Shown piece after piece: positions 1 through 12,889 of a stretch of DNA of 64,000 bases. The stretch comes from Plasmodiophora brassicae. Its lineage: Eukaryota. Under the pieces are notes generated by a model. The model was given only the letters and a program-made list of their open reading frames with translations. It was not told the origin of the DNA and did no database searches. Numbering within the stretch: position 1 is the first letter of the stretch; the number at the start of each line of letters is the position of its first letter. The stretch covers positions 310,001 through 374,000 of the forward strand of contig CP145421.1 of the NCBI GenBank assembly GCA_036867785.1, read 5' to 3'. The translations under genes were made by a program, and so were the position numbers.

Positions 1-1180
1 CCTTCCTGCACCCGGACAGCAACGCCAGCAGCGTCTCCTTCGTCGGACGCAGTCGCGCCTCCTGCATCGCGCCGAACGTGGCTATGGCCTTGTCCAGCAG
101 GCCATGGTTGCTGTACGCTGCAATCATGGCCGTGTAGGCGGGCGCGCTCGCGGCGCCTCTGAACAGCTCGTCGCAGGCGTCCAGGTTCATACAGAGTTCG
201 TACGACGACATCAGCCTGGTGACGATCGGGTCGCTGCCGAGCATTCCGGTTTCGCTGGCGTATCGGTGAAGCGTCGCCACAGCGGTGCCGTCGAACGCCC
301 GCCCGGCAGCGGTGATCATGGCGCTGAGCACGCCCGGCACGGCACCGACCTTCATCGCCCGGAACACGAGCATCATCAGAGGCACGTGCGTGGCCTTGGC
401 AAGGGCCACGAGCACCTTCTGGACAGCAGCCTGACGATCCCGGTTAGGGATCGTCAGGGTTTCCATCACGTCCAAGACGCGGACGGCCGATTCCAGGCGA
501 TGGTGCGCGATCAGGACCTGGACCAGGTGCCCGAACGGCGCGTGCTGACGAGGGAACCTGATCTGCGTCGAGACATCATCGTCCAGCATCTTCTCTGCAA
601 CGTCGGCCCCTTGCGCCGACCCTGATTCGGCGCAGCACAACGCGAACGACGCGAACAAATCCGGGCCGATCGTCAGGTTGCGCTTCAGGGCGTCGTCCAG
701 AAGCGGGAACGCGGACGAGGCGTCGTTCGCGACCCGGCAGAGGCTGACCAATCCGTTCAGTGCTGTCGTGGACGTATGAAGAACGTCGTGTTTCGAGTAG
801 AGCTCGAACGCGTACGCAACGGGTGGAGGTTTCGCTTTGTGGGAAGCGACGAGGAAGGCGGAGAACAGCGTGTCGATGGCCTGGGGGGAGAGGCCACCGC
901 GTGATACGGCCACGTTCATGACGTCGACGACCCTGGACGGGTCGTATCGCTGGCAGAACTGGAGCATCTGCTCGAAGAAGGCCGGGTCGAGCACGTGCTG
1001 GGAGCAGAGCACGCGCTGGAAGACGGCCCAGCCGTGCGCCGGGTCGCACCCGTCCTGCAGCAGGCGCATGGCCTGCGGGACGCTCGGGCGCTCCATGATC
1101 GTGGCGGCGTCCATGTACCGCAGACCCGGGGGTCGTCGACCGACGCGAGCGAACGCTCGAGCGACAGCACGCGCCGCCAT
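1..1180 (-). CDS. PLS-class pentatricopeptide repeat (PPR) protein with putative mitochondrial presequence, 3' end outside the window
   Basis: Uninterrupted ORF from ATG 1180 to the window edge (absent from the ORF track because it has no stop). N-terminus MAARAVARAFARVGRR. L/S/P-like motifs: VLSAMITAAGRAFDGTAVATLHRYASETG, IVTRLMSSYELCMNLDACDELF, AYTAMIAAYSNHGLLDKAIATFGAMQEARLRPT, KETLLALLSGC. Confidence 0.85.
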   Translation of the reverse strand, partial: MAARAVARAFARVGRRPPGLRYMDAATIMERPSVPQAMRLLQDGCDPAHGWAVFQRVLCSQHVLDPAFFEQMLQFCQRYDPSRVVDVMNVAVSRGGLSPQAIDTLFSAFLVASHKAKPPPVAYAFELYSKHDVLHTSTTALNGLVSLCRVANDASSAFPLLDDALKRNLTIGPDLFASFALCCAESGSAQGADVAEKMLDDDVSTQIRFPRQHAPFGHLVQVLIAHHRLESAVRVLDVMETLTIPNRDRQAAVQKVLVALAKATHVPLMMLVFRAMKVGAVPGVLSAMITAAGRAFDGTAVATLHRYASETGMLGSDPIVTRLMSSYELCMNLDACDELFRGAASAPAYTAMIAAYSNHGLLDKAIATFGAMQEARLRPTKETLLALLSGCRK

Positions 1181-1279
1181 GCCGCACCGGTCACCGTCTA
1201 AATCGAGTGCGACAATAACCGCTTTACTGGACTCTGCTGCTCGGATAGGTAATAGATACGCCGACGAAGGCTGCTGTCG

Positions 1280-2520
1280 TTACAGGGTCAGCTCCTCCGA
1301 CTGGTTATAGTACCGAGCCGGCAGCGGGACGACGTGGTGGGCGGGCACTTTGCGTTGTTTCGTCTCGTCGTCGGCGAACTGGAGCAGGTAGTGCCCTTTG
1401 TTCTGGGAGGCGACGACGACCAACCTATCAGGCGCACGTCGAGCGAGGCAGTCGGGACGACGCTGACCTTTTTCGGGCCGGAGACGACGACGGCAGGGTA
1501 GAAGACGGTCGTTTGCGGGAAGATGGCGAGGACCGTCTCGTCTTTCTGGAACTCGACGCGCCTCGTCAGCGGAACCTGTTCATCGGATGGCAGCAGCAGG
1601 ACGCGGTCGCTGTCAATGATGTAGTCCCTGGGCAGGTAACGCGCATGAGCACGTGTGATGGAAGGTATCGGCAGTACTGGGGCCACACTTGACTGTCTCC
1701 CGATTCCCCACGTCGTCTGCTTCATTGTCCACGACGGTGTATCGATCACGTTTCCGGTCGTAGGAGACCACCGACGCCAGAATCCACAGGTTCGGCTCCG
1801 AATGCTCGTCGATCAGAGCAGCAACGGCAGAACCAGGTTCGAACGGCGCGTCGTCTCGATGCGTCCATACATCGCTAAGCGCAATGTCAGCCGAGCGTTA
1901 TTGGATCAACAGCCAGCTACGTACTCATCAGGGCCTCTAGCCACTGCCGTGCCGTACAGATGGATCGGCTGGACCTTGGTGACCATCCGCGCTGAACATC
2001 ATGTGTCAACTCAAATCGGTGCATACAGACGCAGGTGCAGGCGGAATCGTTACGCGTGCGTGTTGACGACACTTTCGCCTGTATGATCGACATAATCTTC
2101 GCAGCACAAGCGTTTGCTGCCCTAGGCGCACGCCTCAGACTAACGTAGAATGACAGGTGTCAGACCCACCCCCGTACCGAAATTCTTCGGTACTCGCACC
2201 GAATGCCGCCAGGATCTGCTGCTTCATCGCTTCCGACGCCTGCTTACTCGTTATCGTTGCCGAGTCCGCCTCTGTACAATATTCCATCAGCGTTCTCACC
2301 CGTGGCTGTCTACATAGCACTGAGCCGCCGCAACCACCTTCCAGCGCCGTCTGGATCGTGTGCTGGGCGCGCTCGAACTCCGACTGCGCCTGCTCGCGAA
2401 TCGCTCGCAGCACATGCATCTGCCTGAACCAGCGTCGTTATGTCTGGCACGCGCGTCCCACCCGTCGCAGGGCGCGCACACTTACTCGGCGATGTTGATG
2501 TCATCGGCGGGCTGGCTCAT
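1280..2520 (-). CDS. SGF29: SAGA-associated factor 29-like tandem Tudor protein (multi-exon)
   Basis: ETVLAIFPQTTVFYPAVVV and GHYLLQFADD..KVPAHHVV match the SGF29 second Tudor domain. ATG 2520 followed by a GTAAG donor. TAA at 1280-1282. Confidence 0.8.
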
Positions 2521-2645
2521 GGTCTGTCGGCCGGCGCCGCGCCCGCTGCGGCCGGCGCGCTAAATGTGCCGTCGACAGAGAGCGAGTTGATGGCGCCGGC
2601 GGAGCCGCGGCTCTGTTTTCATTCTCATGACAACAAAGTGTGGCA

Positions 2646-3548
2646 TCAAGTGTCCAGCGGGTTCGTCCAGTGGTGGGCGGCGACGTCGGCCAGGGTGATG
2701 CGGGTGGCGGCGGGGCGCAGCATGGCGGATAGGAGGTCGAACGCGTCGTCGGAGACGGCAGGGTGCAGGTTCCAGCGATGGGCGAGCGCCTGCGGGCCGT
2801 CCCGGAGAAGGTGTTCGTGGTTGACGGCGCCCGACGACGTTGCGCGGTACGGGTGGCACGCGAAGAGAAGGCAGAACAGGCAGACGCCCAGCGACCAGAC
2901 GTCGGCGTCGGGTCCTTTGAAGCATTGCCCTGCGTACACCTCAGGGGCCATGTATTCCAGCTTCCCTGGACGCATCGAACCCTTACGGCCGCGGAAGTAC
3001 TCACCGAGCTGGAAGCGACGCGCCTGACCCAGATCGCATATCTTCGGAGCGCCGTCCTTGGACAGGAGGATATTCTCTAGGGACAGGTCCAGGTGGCAAA
3101 TCCACTTGCGGTGCAAAGCGGTCAGGCCCCGAACGATGCCCTGAAACACGATGCGAGCCTTCGACTCCGGCGTGGGCCCGTTCACCTGCAGGAGGTCCAG
3201 GAGGTCGCCGCCGGGGACGTACTCCATGACGATGATGTGCGTGCTACTGTCCAGAGTCAAGTGGTCGGCCAACTGCACGACGTTGTCGTACCCGCCGATC
3301 GATCTGGACAGCTCTGTCATCAGCTCGATTTCGTTGCGCGCATTCTCGCTGCACAAGGGCAGGTCGCGGCAGACGGTCTTCATCGCGAACAGCTCGCCTG
3401 ACAGCCTGTGCCGCACCAGGGTAATGCTACCCGATAGCGACCTGCGGATCCGTGCCACCTTGTCGTAAGTAGCTAGGAAATCGTCCTCGGGCGACAGCAA
3501 CGGCGACGATGACGACAGGCAACCTGGCGCTACGACCGCGCTTCCCAT
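2646..3548 (-). CDS. Ser/Thr protein kinase (CAMK-like, non-RD), single exon
   Basis: FAMK, IVMEYVPGGDL, HLDLSLENILL, KICDLG, GKLEYMAPE and DVWSLGV motifs. First plausible ATG at 3548. Confidence 0.9.
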   Translation of the reverse strand: MGSAVVAPGCLSSSSPLLSPEDDFLATYDKVARIRRSLSGSITLVRHRLSGELFAMKTVCRDLPLCSENARNEIELMTELSRSIGGYDNVVQLADHLTLDSSTHIIVMEYVPGGDLLDLLQVNGPTPESKARIVFQGIVRGLTALHRKWICHLDLSLENILLSKDGAPKICDLGQARRFQLGEYFRGRKGSMRPGKLEYMAPEVYAGQCFKGPDADVWSLGVCLFCLLFACHPYRATSSGAVNHEHLLRDGPQALAHRWNLHPAVSDDAFDLLSAMLRPAATRITLADVAAHHWTNPLDT

Positions 3549-3800
3549 CTTAACTCGGCCGTATCGAGTCAGGATTATGCTCTCGGCCAACGGACGCTCT
3601 CGGACCTTGGCGTAAGGCGTAGGTACGTCTTGTCTGGGTTCGTAGCGCATTTGATCAGAAGTTTCTGTTTCAGGCCAAAGCGAACGGGCAATATACCATT
3701 CGAGTGACCCGGGGTGGGCCAACCATGCACCCCGACACACAGTCGTGCTGTGCGCTGGTGTTGCCGGCTTGCTGGCCGCGTGCAGGCACGCAGGTCGACG

Positions 3801-6800
3801 ATGGCGACGACTGCTATGGAGCAACGATTGCTGGCTGAGCGCGAGTCGCAGCTTGCAAGGCTGCGGGAGAACCTTGTCAGTCAAGCACAACAGATTGATG
3901 GGGTCGCGGCTGGGCGACTGTCGCTATTCCGCGCTGTCGCAGGCGCTTGTACCGCCTCCAACCCTTTCGTCGGTGTCCTCTTCGCGGTCGCCCGCTATAT
4001 CGCTACCGCTGATGCCGATTCCGTACTCGACAAGGCACTAGACGAGTGCCGTTGCCGGCGCCAATCGAAAGCTGCCTTCGGCGCTTGGCGCCATGCCTTG
4101 CGCCTCGCCCTTTACGCTCAACGTCACGATGCTGAAAGGCAACGACGTTTGGCGCGAAACATTTTACTCCGATGGCGCCATCGCTATCGTCACCGTCTCC
4201 GCGTCGGCGCTGCTCTGCAACGGGCATTCAGGTAGCTGGGAGGCCTTCCCACTCGCAACCTGGCTGACATTAGTGGACAGGCTGGGTCGAAAAGCGGCGA
4301 TGCGGCATGCATTGCATCGTTTACGTTTCGCGCCCACGATCACGGTCGCGAATCCCGATGCACCGACCCGTCGAAAGTACCTGTCGCTTTGGCGACGGGC
4401 CGCGTTCCGGTTCCGATCGCGTTCGGCGAATGTTATGGGAGTGGCGCTAGCACGGCTGGAAGCGCAGTGGTGCCTGGCGCGGCACCTGTCAATGTGGAAG
4501 GCGGCACGCGAACGACGTCAGCGCATTCGTCGCGGTCTAGACCTCATCCGGAACAAGATTGAAAAACCTCGCGCGCGAACCGCTTTCCGACGTTGGCTAA
4601 CGTCCACCGTTGTCTGCCTGCGGAAACACGCCGACCTGAAACGTGTCACGCGACATCGCCGAATGCTACGCACGCTCCGAGTCTGGGTCGGCCATGCCGC
4701 ACACCGTCGCCGGTCCCGTTTGCTTATAGGCCGCATGTTGGGCCTGTCGCGTACGATGCCAGTACGGTACGCGTTCGCTCGTTGGCGCCAGGTGGCGTTC
4801 GCGGAACGGCACGCGGAGCGGCGCCGATACCTGTTGCATTCGATTGCGCGACGCATTGCGGACAGGAACCCGGTTCGTGTCGCATTCCAGACCTGGAGGC
4901 TGAACGCCTTTAGGAACAATCTGCCCGGCGTCGATACCGTCCCATTCGATATGTTCGCCTGCGTTGTACGTCAGCGAATACGGTCGAAAACGTGGTCGCG
5001 ATGGCGTTCTCGGTGGCTCCTGCGGCGCAGTGCTCGACAAGCTCTGAGCCGGCTCGTCAACGTCGCACGTATCGCGACGATGCGGCTGGCGCTGAACCGA
5101 CTACGAGAACGTGTCCTTTCGTCATCATCGGCCACAGTACTCTTCAAAGCGTTCCTTGCTCTGCGCTTGAACGTGAAGTTGAAGCGAACTCGAAACCGCA
5201 AGCTCGGCATGGCATTAGGTAGGCACCACCCCCGAGTGTATGAACAATCCCGTTCGCTTACCTGGCAACGCAGGACGCCTTGATGATAAAGAACGGGTTC
5301 GGAAGGTTCGTTTCGCGATGATGGCACTACGTCGGAACTACGAACTGGCTGTCTCTTCCGACCGTTTCCTCGAGCACAACCGTGTGGCCAAGCGCGCCTC
5401 TATGTTCCGGTCATGGCGTATGGCGACACTCCGTCGACGTCACATCAAACAAGCCCTTGCGAACGCATGCAAGCGCCTTCACCGTCTTCAGCTTTCGCAT
5501 GTGTTCAGCCGGATGAAACGCGTTGTATGTTGGCGAAGCGACGCAACAGGGCCCCTGACTAACGCTAGCGGGTGCAGGTTGCTGACCTTCGGCAAGAGGA
5601 TAGCAATGCGCGGCAACATGCCCTGCTATCTAGCCGCACGGTTCTAACAAAGACGTTCCATTGCTGGGCGCGCTGGCGCCTGGCTCGGCGTTCGGCTCGT
5701 CGCGTCATTACCGTGTTCCTATTGCAGTCGCGACGTTCCAAACTTCGGGACGCGTTGCACCAATGGGCAACGTTTGCCACAGGACGTCTCGCCGATCAAA
5801 GGCTACGCGCCAAGGTCGCTCTCTGGTTTATTTTCTGCCGTTCACATGGTTCATTCGAGCAACGTAGATGACGGAGGATCGTCGAGGAAGGCTCGGACAT
5901 CTGATGGTCATGTTCGCTAGGCACGATGAACGTCGTGCCTTGCGAGTTTGGCGTTCACTTGCCTCGTCGATGCGGCAGGCGGATGATAATGCTGATCGTG
6001 ATCATGCTGAAGCGACTGCGGCCGTGCTGGATGCATTCGTTCGGAGGCGACGCGCCTTCCTCGCCTGGCGTACCTATATCGCCCGACAACGTGCCGCAAT
6101 TGGAACGATCATCAGGTCGGCTTGTTCGCGGCTCGTCATCTACGACGGCTTCCTGACTTGGGGGGCTTTCTTAGGTTCGCGAAGGGCAAACCCAAGCCGG
6201 CTTGGAGAGTGTGGCGTTCGATGACAATGGCGGCGACAAAGGCGGACGCACAGCACGCCGCCAGCATTTCATGCGATCGCGCGCGTATCCGCCGTCATGC
6301 TCTGGCCTTGCTGGAAGCGTGGCGGTGGCAGACGCGTCGTCGTCGCGTAGCTAGGTCGGCACTGGCACGCGTTTTATACCGAAGATCGGTGCACCTTCGT
6401 CGAGACGCTTGGAACGAGTTACGATGTGAAGCCGTGCGCGCCCTTTCCGTTTCTAAGGGTTCCCTTGTGCAGGTGGAGATCTGTCATTTGGATGGATCGG
6501 AAACGCGAGGCGACCATAGAGACCCTGCTGATGGCCCAGGAACGTACGAGAAAGAACGCGATGGTTGTGGATGCGGTCCGGATTTGGGTGGCGACTGCTC
6601 GTCGGTCGCGACGCTGCCGGCACGCTGTGGCCCGTCTTCGTATAACGCTAACGGCCAGGTTCGCCTTGTTTGTTTCGTTCCATGCGCGCAATGACAGGAT
6701 TGTCTTGGCAACCAGGTGGTACCGGTTATGGCAGGCTAAGTGGCGCGCCGCGTTAATGGCGAACATCAAGCACCTAAAACGAAGGCACGCCATCGCCGAG

Positions 6801-9800
6801 TCCATTGTCGCCGGCGACGACGCCCGTAATAACAGGTTTGCCTGCGAGCATTGTCGGCCGGTTAGTCAGCATGCTAATACGTATGCCGCCAGACGACACA
6901 TGCGAATCGTATGGAACGCATGGGTCGGATTTATTGACGAATCACAGCAAAGGCGGGATGCTCTGCGTCGCGTTCTCAATAGTTCCTTGAGCGCCCAGGT
7001 CCGCTGGCAATGCCGCCTTTGGCCATGTTTGCGTTGACTCCACACACCAGATACTTCGATCCCTTCGTCGCTGGCGAACGACCGTCAACCACGACCGGAT
7101 CATTGACACCATGGTTCAGGCTTTTCAGGCACGCCGAAACACGAACATCGTCAGGTGTTGGCTACACCAATGGGTGCGGTGCCCCTCATTTCCCCATTGT
7201 CGCTGTCGCGTCATGTAACTTCATGCCGTCGTCCAGGTCAACGTATTGCGTTTGCACGCTAGGTGCCGGTACTTCCAGGCGCATGTCATTCGTCGACGTT
7301 GGTTGGCTAAATGGAAGGCGCGCTTGCACGGTCGTCGCCGTCGTCGAAAAGTGACGACGGTAGGCGTGGACGCTCTCCTGCGCCTACGACGTGTCTGGAA
7401 GGTCGCTGGCAACGCTGGCGAGCAGTTCGCAGTCGACTGATTGACATTCAGAGACGCATATGGGTCAAATGGCGCCAAGCCTATACGAGGCGGCGTCTTA
7501 TTGTGCGGGTTCTGACACGTCTCTATCGAGCGAAGGTTGTCGGGATTGCAAATCATTGCGCTGCTGTTAACATGCGATTCGGTCAGGTGTGGAAAGCGTT
7601 CATGACATGGCGTATGAACGTACTGAAGAAGACGGCGAGTGGGAGCCACACGCGAATGTCAAGTGTGGTGTCGACGCAAGACGTTGTCCAGCAGGTTCTG
7701 GATCGGTTATCGCGACGGTCCAGTCTTGCGTCCAGTGGCCCATCTGGAGACAATATGGACACGACCTCTTATCGTGCCGCGACGTATTCGCTAGGCGGTC
7801 TTGCACCCGCGCCAGGTCTCGATCACCAGAGGCTGGTGGAAAGACTGGCGTCGGTTACGAACCCGTTGCCTGACATCGACGAAGCCCGACCGAGGAATGA
7901 GCCTGAAGAGATGCCGCCGATAATATCCAGGATGAGTGTTGTCCGCGTTTCGGACGGGGATGACAATGTGGCATCGTTGCGATCGCGACGAAGTTCAGTG
8001 CAATTCCAAGACGATGTCCGTGTAGAAGACCATTCGCCGACAGGCACCCGGACTACGTTCTCCGACGAGCAGAAGGGCGTACAGAAACGCATTATGAAAC
8101 TGTGGCGCGGCGCGAACCTGTTCAACCTGTTCGCGCATTGGCGGTCGTTCGTCGCGGAACAGAAAGGGACACGCGAAAGGTCTTGTACTCATTGGACAAT
8201 GGAGACAGTCCTTCGGGTTGACGTAATTTGCAGGTTGGGGAAGCGTCTGTCGCGACTGGATGCCATTGCGAAATTCCGAGCTTTGCACCACTGGCGAACT
8301 TTCACCAAGGCGGCTGCTGCGCAATCGATCGTTGATGCTGTTGAGGTCAGATCAACATGGGAGTCATTGCGGCGGGTGCGACTGAGACTGCGGTGGCTGT
8401 TTAATAGGCGCGACGACGAAAGGAAACGATGGATCGGGTGATCCGCAACTGGAAGCTGAACCTGCAGCGCGTTCGCTTCAGAGTATGGGTCGACTTTGTC
8501 CACGAGTGCAAGACGCTACGACGGTGCCTGGCGAAGTTGGTTTGATTCTGCACTGGAACGAGTGGATACCGTTTGTAACGTTGCACGGTTTCAGGTTAAC
8601 CACGGGTGCCCTCGCACGGTCTTTGCGACAATGGCGAGCGGTCTCCAAGAGAGTCGCTCACGAACGATCCGCCGTTGGACGCGCCGTCAAACTCATACTA
8701 TCCGCTGCGAAACGATTCGCGTGGAAGCGCTGGACGTCAGTCCCGTTGCTTAGTCTTTCGAAGCCCCCAACTGACGCATCCGAATTAGGGCCATTGCGTT
8801 AGCAATGAAAGTCGAAGAGCGCATGCTCGAACAGGAACGGATGAAGTTGGCCGAGAAGGCGAGTCGGCGGTGGGCTCTCGATAGAACCTTCCGGAAATGG
8901 TCGCGGATGGCACTGTCTCGTGCTTGGCTGCGTCGCGTTCTTCATCACACTTTCACTGCGACTAGAACGCACACTCTGATGACAACAATGCGATCCTGGA
9001 GGGCAACCTGCATCAGAGAACGTCAAGTGGAGCACGAACGGAAGGTACCACCAGTATGGACGGCGTGATAATACCGCTTAGCGTAACCCATTTCAGATCC
9101 TGACACGCTTCATGCGATATGTGTGGAGGACGAACGTTGCTAATGGTTGGCGTTTCTGGCGGTCGTTTATCGACAAGGGTCGCATTCAAGATGCGAAGAA
9201 ACGCCTTCGGAGATCGCTGAATCACATGGCATCGAGCCTTTCTGCTGTTCTTGACCGGCACCGTCAGCAGATGCTGTTTAGGATCTGGATCAATAAGGCC
9301 CGGTTGCGGTACCGATTCCGAACACAAATGGAGCGTCTTCACCATCGCAGTTCATCTCGACAGCAGAGCATGGCGCTGGGAGTGTGGCACCACTTCGTTA
9401 AGGTTGGTTTCTCTAGAGATCAGTACACGTCTCATGGCTCAACACTGCATGGTAGGTTGCACGAGAGATGTCCAGCCGAGAAAACCTTATGCGAACGCGT
9501 GTCATGAGGAAGTTGATGTCGGGTCTTGTGCTTCAATGGGCGACTCGCACAAGAATGCGACGCGTACGGCAGTGGTTTCCACATGTACTCGGTGCTCCAT
9601 CTGAAACCTGCATTAGGCCGCCAAACGACACCTGGCCCGGTGCGCCCACGTTCGCAACAAGGTGCAAGTACGGCATGCATTGCAGTGTTGGCAAATACAT
9701 GTCAGGGAGAGCATCCATACCGCCCACACCGCTGGCATCGCGTGCCGAGCCTTGACCCGCTGCCTCATGATCCGCGCTATGCTTGTAACTGGCCCTCGTT

Positions 9801-12749
9801 GTTGTCGTCTTGGTCGCTGACATTATTTCTGCAGGCATGGCGGGCACATGCCCGTCGCACCACGAAGCTACGTCGGGCAGTAACTGTAGCCTGGAGAGCG
9901 CTGACGAAGCGATCCGTCTCATCCGCGTTCCATTATTGGTTGGCGCTTCCCTGTGAACCCTCGTGATGGGTCTCAATTTAAGGATTCAGGCGGGCGGCGA
10001 AATTCGTTATCGCAGCCTTGTACGATCATCGCGAACGTGCCCGTGGACAAAAGCGGGCGGCTGCCGAGCGCGTGTGCCGATGTCTGGCAGTGTGCGGCAG
10101 AAGAAGGTACCAGAGACATGATCGGTCCATTGAATAGACCGTCTAACGGTTCAGATTGGCCGCGAGCTCCATCCGACGATGGAAAGTGTTCATAGGCTAC
10201 GAACGGCACCGAGAGCATGCTCTACGAGTTCTCATCAAGAACCGAGGTTGGCTTTAACAATTCCCGTCCGATTTGGAACGTAATCAAACACCCCAGAGCA
10301 ACACGACAAGCTCGCTCTGAAATGCAACGTTCTTCGTGGGTTGAAAAAGGTCGTCTTACGAGCCCGGCAGGCACGTCTGTGCCGGTTGAGACGGCGCCGT
10401 AGTATCATTCGTCGCGCGTATCGCCAGTGGGTGAACCGGGCTGGCTTCCACTCGACAAGACGGTTATTTCTTATGGCTTGAACATGATGATTGGCGCAAC
10501 TGACGTTTGGAGATCCCTTCTAGAAACGCTGTCAAGTCCTGCCTGAGACGATGCGGACTCTGGGTGATGGAACGGGCGTGGTCGCAATGGAGATGGTATA
10601 TCGCCCACGACCGGCACATGCACGACATGGCGGCACGTCCACAATGCCAAAGAACAGTAGGTACTGCGAAGTGCAAAGTGAGATGAATCTGAACCGGTAA
10701 TGGACAGGAACGGGTACGCTTCAAGTCCTGGAACGCTTGGCGACGTGCAGTACACAGCCGTGGACACCTTCGTCGCACTCTAGCGTCGTGTGCAAATCGA
10801 TCAATGGCTATATCGATTCGATCGGCCTTCCAGTACGTCCCGCTGAGAACAACTGTGACGATATAAGTATGACATGGACAATGTTCAGAGCTCTACGGTT
10901 GAACGCGCTGGCGACCCAGTCCGCCCAGCAGGTCAATGACGTGCTGCGTGCCGCCCATGCGTTCCTGCAATGGCGACAGCATCTCCAGGAGCGACGTCTC
11001 CGCGCGCGGAACATGTCCTTGTTGCTAGCAAGAACCCGACTGGTGCCCTATTACGATTGTTTCATGTTGCCGAAACGTGCCGTAACCCGTTCTGCCGCAG
11101 GCCCGTCAATTCAATGCTTGGAAAGCGGTTGCCGAACGCGCGAGAGTTGCAGAACGAGAACGGATCCGCCGAAGTCGTGCTAGACGGCGAAAGACATTGC
11201 AAGTGTGGCGAACGCTTAGACTTGATTGTCAACGACGTCGTGAACGACTCCGTCATGTTCTGTATATCGGCGATCGTTTGGCGTGTCGGCGAGCCATGTT
11301 ACGTTGGCGGTCAGCGTCGAACGCCTCGCATATTGCCGACAAGGTCGCCACTTCTATGGCTGCTCACCGTTCTTGTCGTCATCTAGCACGTCGCGCGCTC
11401 GTCTGTAAGCTATGTGCCGGGTTCGGACGAACAAGGCTAGTGACTCGTGTGGAAAGGCTGGCGGAACCGGTGCATTCAACGGAACCGCGTCCGGCGAGGG
11501 TTGCAGAGGTTGGCCGGCCTGCTGACGAACGCCAGTCTTCGAAGGGTGGTGCACAAGTGGCGATACTCGATTGCGGTTGCCATTCGCCGAGGTACGATCG
11601 ATCGCACGTTTCGCGAGTTTACAGCCTGATCGACTGTGTGATCAGAGCGCTGGGTTGCTGACAGGCGGCGAAACTGGATGCGGGCGCTTGTAACAGATGC
11701 CTTCCTGGCATGGCGCCAAACTGTGCAGCGATGTCGGCAACTGTACAAAGTCGTGCAACGTTGTTGCCACCAGAGCTTTCATGCTCAGGTATTTCCCAAC
11801 ATGTCCTGCGATGGCGCCGTCTAACTCGATGCGTCAGACGCGCTGGGCGTTATCGAGATGGGTGCGTCTGCCGGCGAAGCCGGTACAAGTTGGTCCATTG
11901 CAGATACCCACGCCCCAGGAACCACCATTCCTGCTGGTGCGGCGATGGCGTCGCAATGTCATGGCGCTGCTTGTTCGCGTGTCGCTGTCGAAGTGGAGGT
12001 ACTGCTTCGTCTTGGCCCGGATCGTGTCGCTGTCGAAAGAGAAGTCGGCGCTGCTGCAGGCTAAGGACGACCTTGAGGCTGAGATTTCATCATCAACTGC
12101 TGCCATCGATGTCGTCAAATCGAACAACGCGCGTCTGCAATCCAAACTCGACGACCTGCAATCGCGAACCGGCCGTCTGCAGAGCGAACGCAACGGCCTC
12201 CTATCCAGGCTTGCTCTGGCGAACTCGCAGCTGAAGAAGGCTCTCGAAGAACAGGAGGCGTCATTGACAAAGGACGCCCACCAACGCCTAGCACAGCACC
12301 TAGCCGAGAAGGACGCCGCGCTGGCAGAAACGCTGCAGAAGCACAAAGACACGCTCCGGACCGAGCAGACTTTGTTGCCGCTGAAGCTCTGGCGCCTTCG
12401 TCGTCTAGTGCGGTATGTCCATGCATGGCGCCGTGTCTGGCAGCGACAGACGGCGCTTCGCAAGGCGGTGACGACCGCGAAGGTCCGCACATACCGTCGC
12501 GCACTTTCACGCTGGCGAACGTTCGTCCACGTTACGATGCGGATTGCCGTGGACCGCCTGGAGGCGACCGTGTCCGACCTGGAAGTGGAGCGCGAATGGG
12601 AAAAACACGAGATCGCCGCCCTCGAAGTGGACACAGAGAATTCCATGGGCCACGCCGACTATAGCAACCGGGTCCGGACGGAGCCGCCCAGCACCTGGCC
12701 CGACATCTACGATATCCTCGAACCTGTTCTGCAGCGCAAACCCCAGTGA
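3801..12749 (+). CDS. Giant Sfi1-like centrin-binding repeat protein with terminal coiled coils (many exons)
   Basis: About 9 kb of Arg-rich exons with periodic (A/F)xxW motifs (AFGAWR, AFRRWL, AFARWR, TFHCWA, ALHQWA, AFLAWR, ALSRWR). Frames switch at short GT-AG introns. Coiled coils at the N-terminus and at ~12030-12620. Confidence 0.75.
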
Positions 12750-12889
12750 TACGCTGCACGACCGCAAGGCGGAGTCGCCGGCTGGGGCGATGGCGCCTGA
12801 ATACACAAATCGCGTACGACTCGGTGAGACCGTCGCGTCGAGTCTCATCAGTCTTCTGTCCGCGTAACTACCTGCACCAGTCCATACCG

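Noticed and set aside
3801-12749. Apparent frameshifts or recoding between consecutive ORFs
   Set aside because: Where checked, the frame changes coincide with short GT-AG introns.
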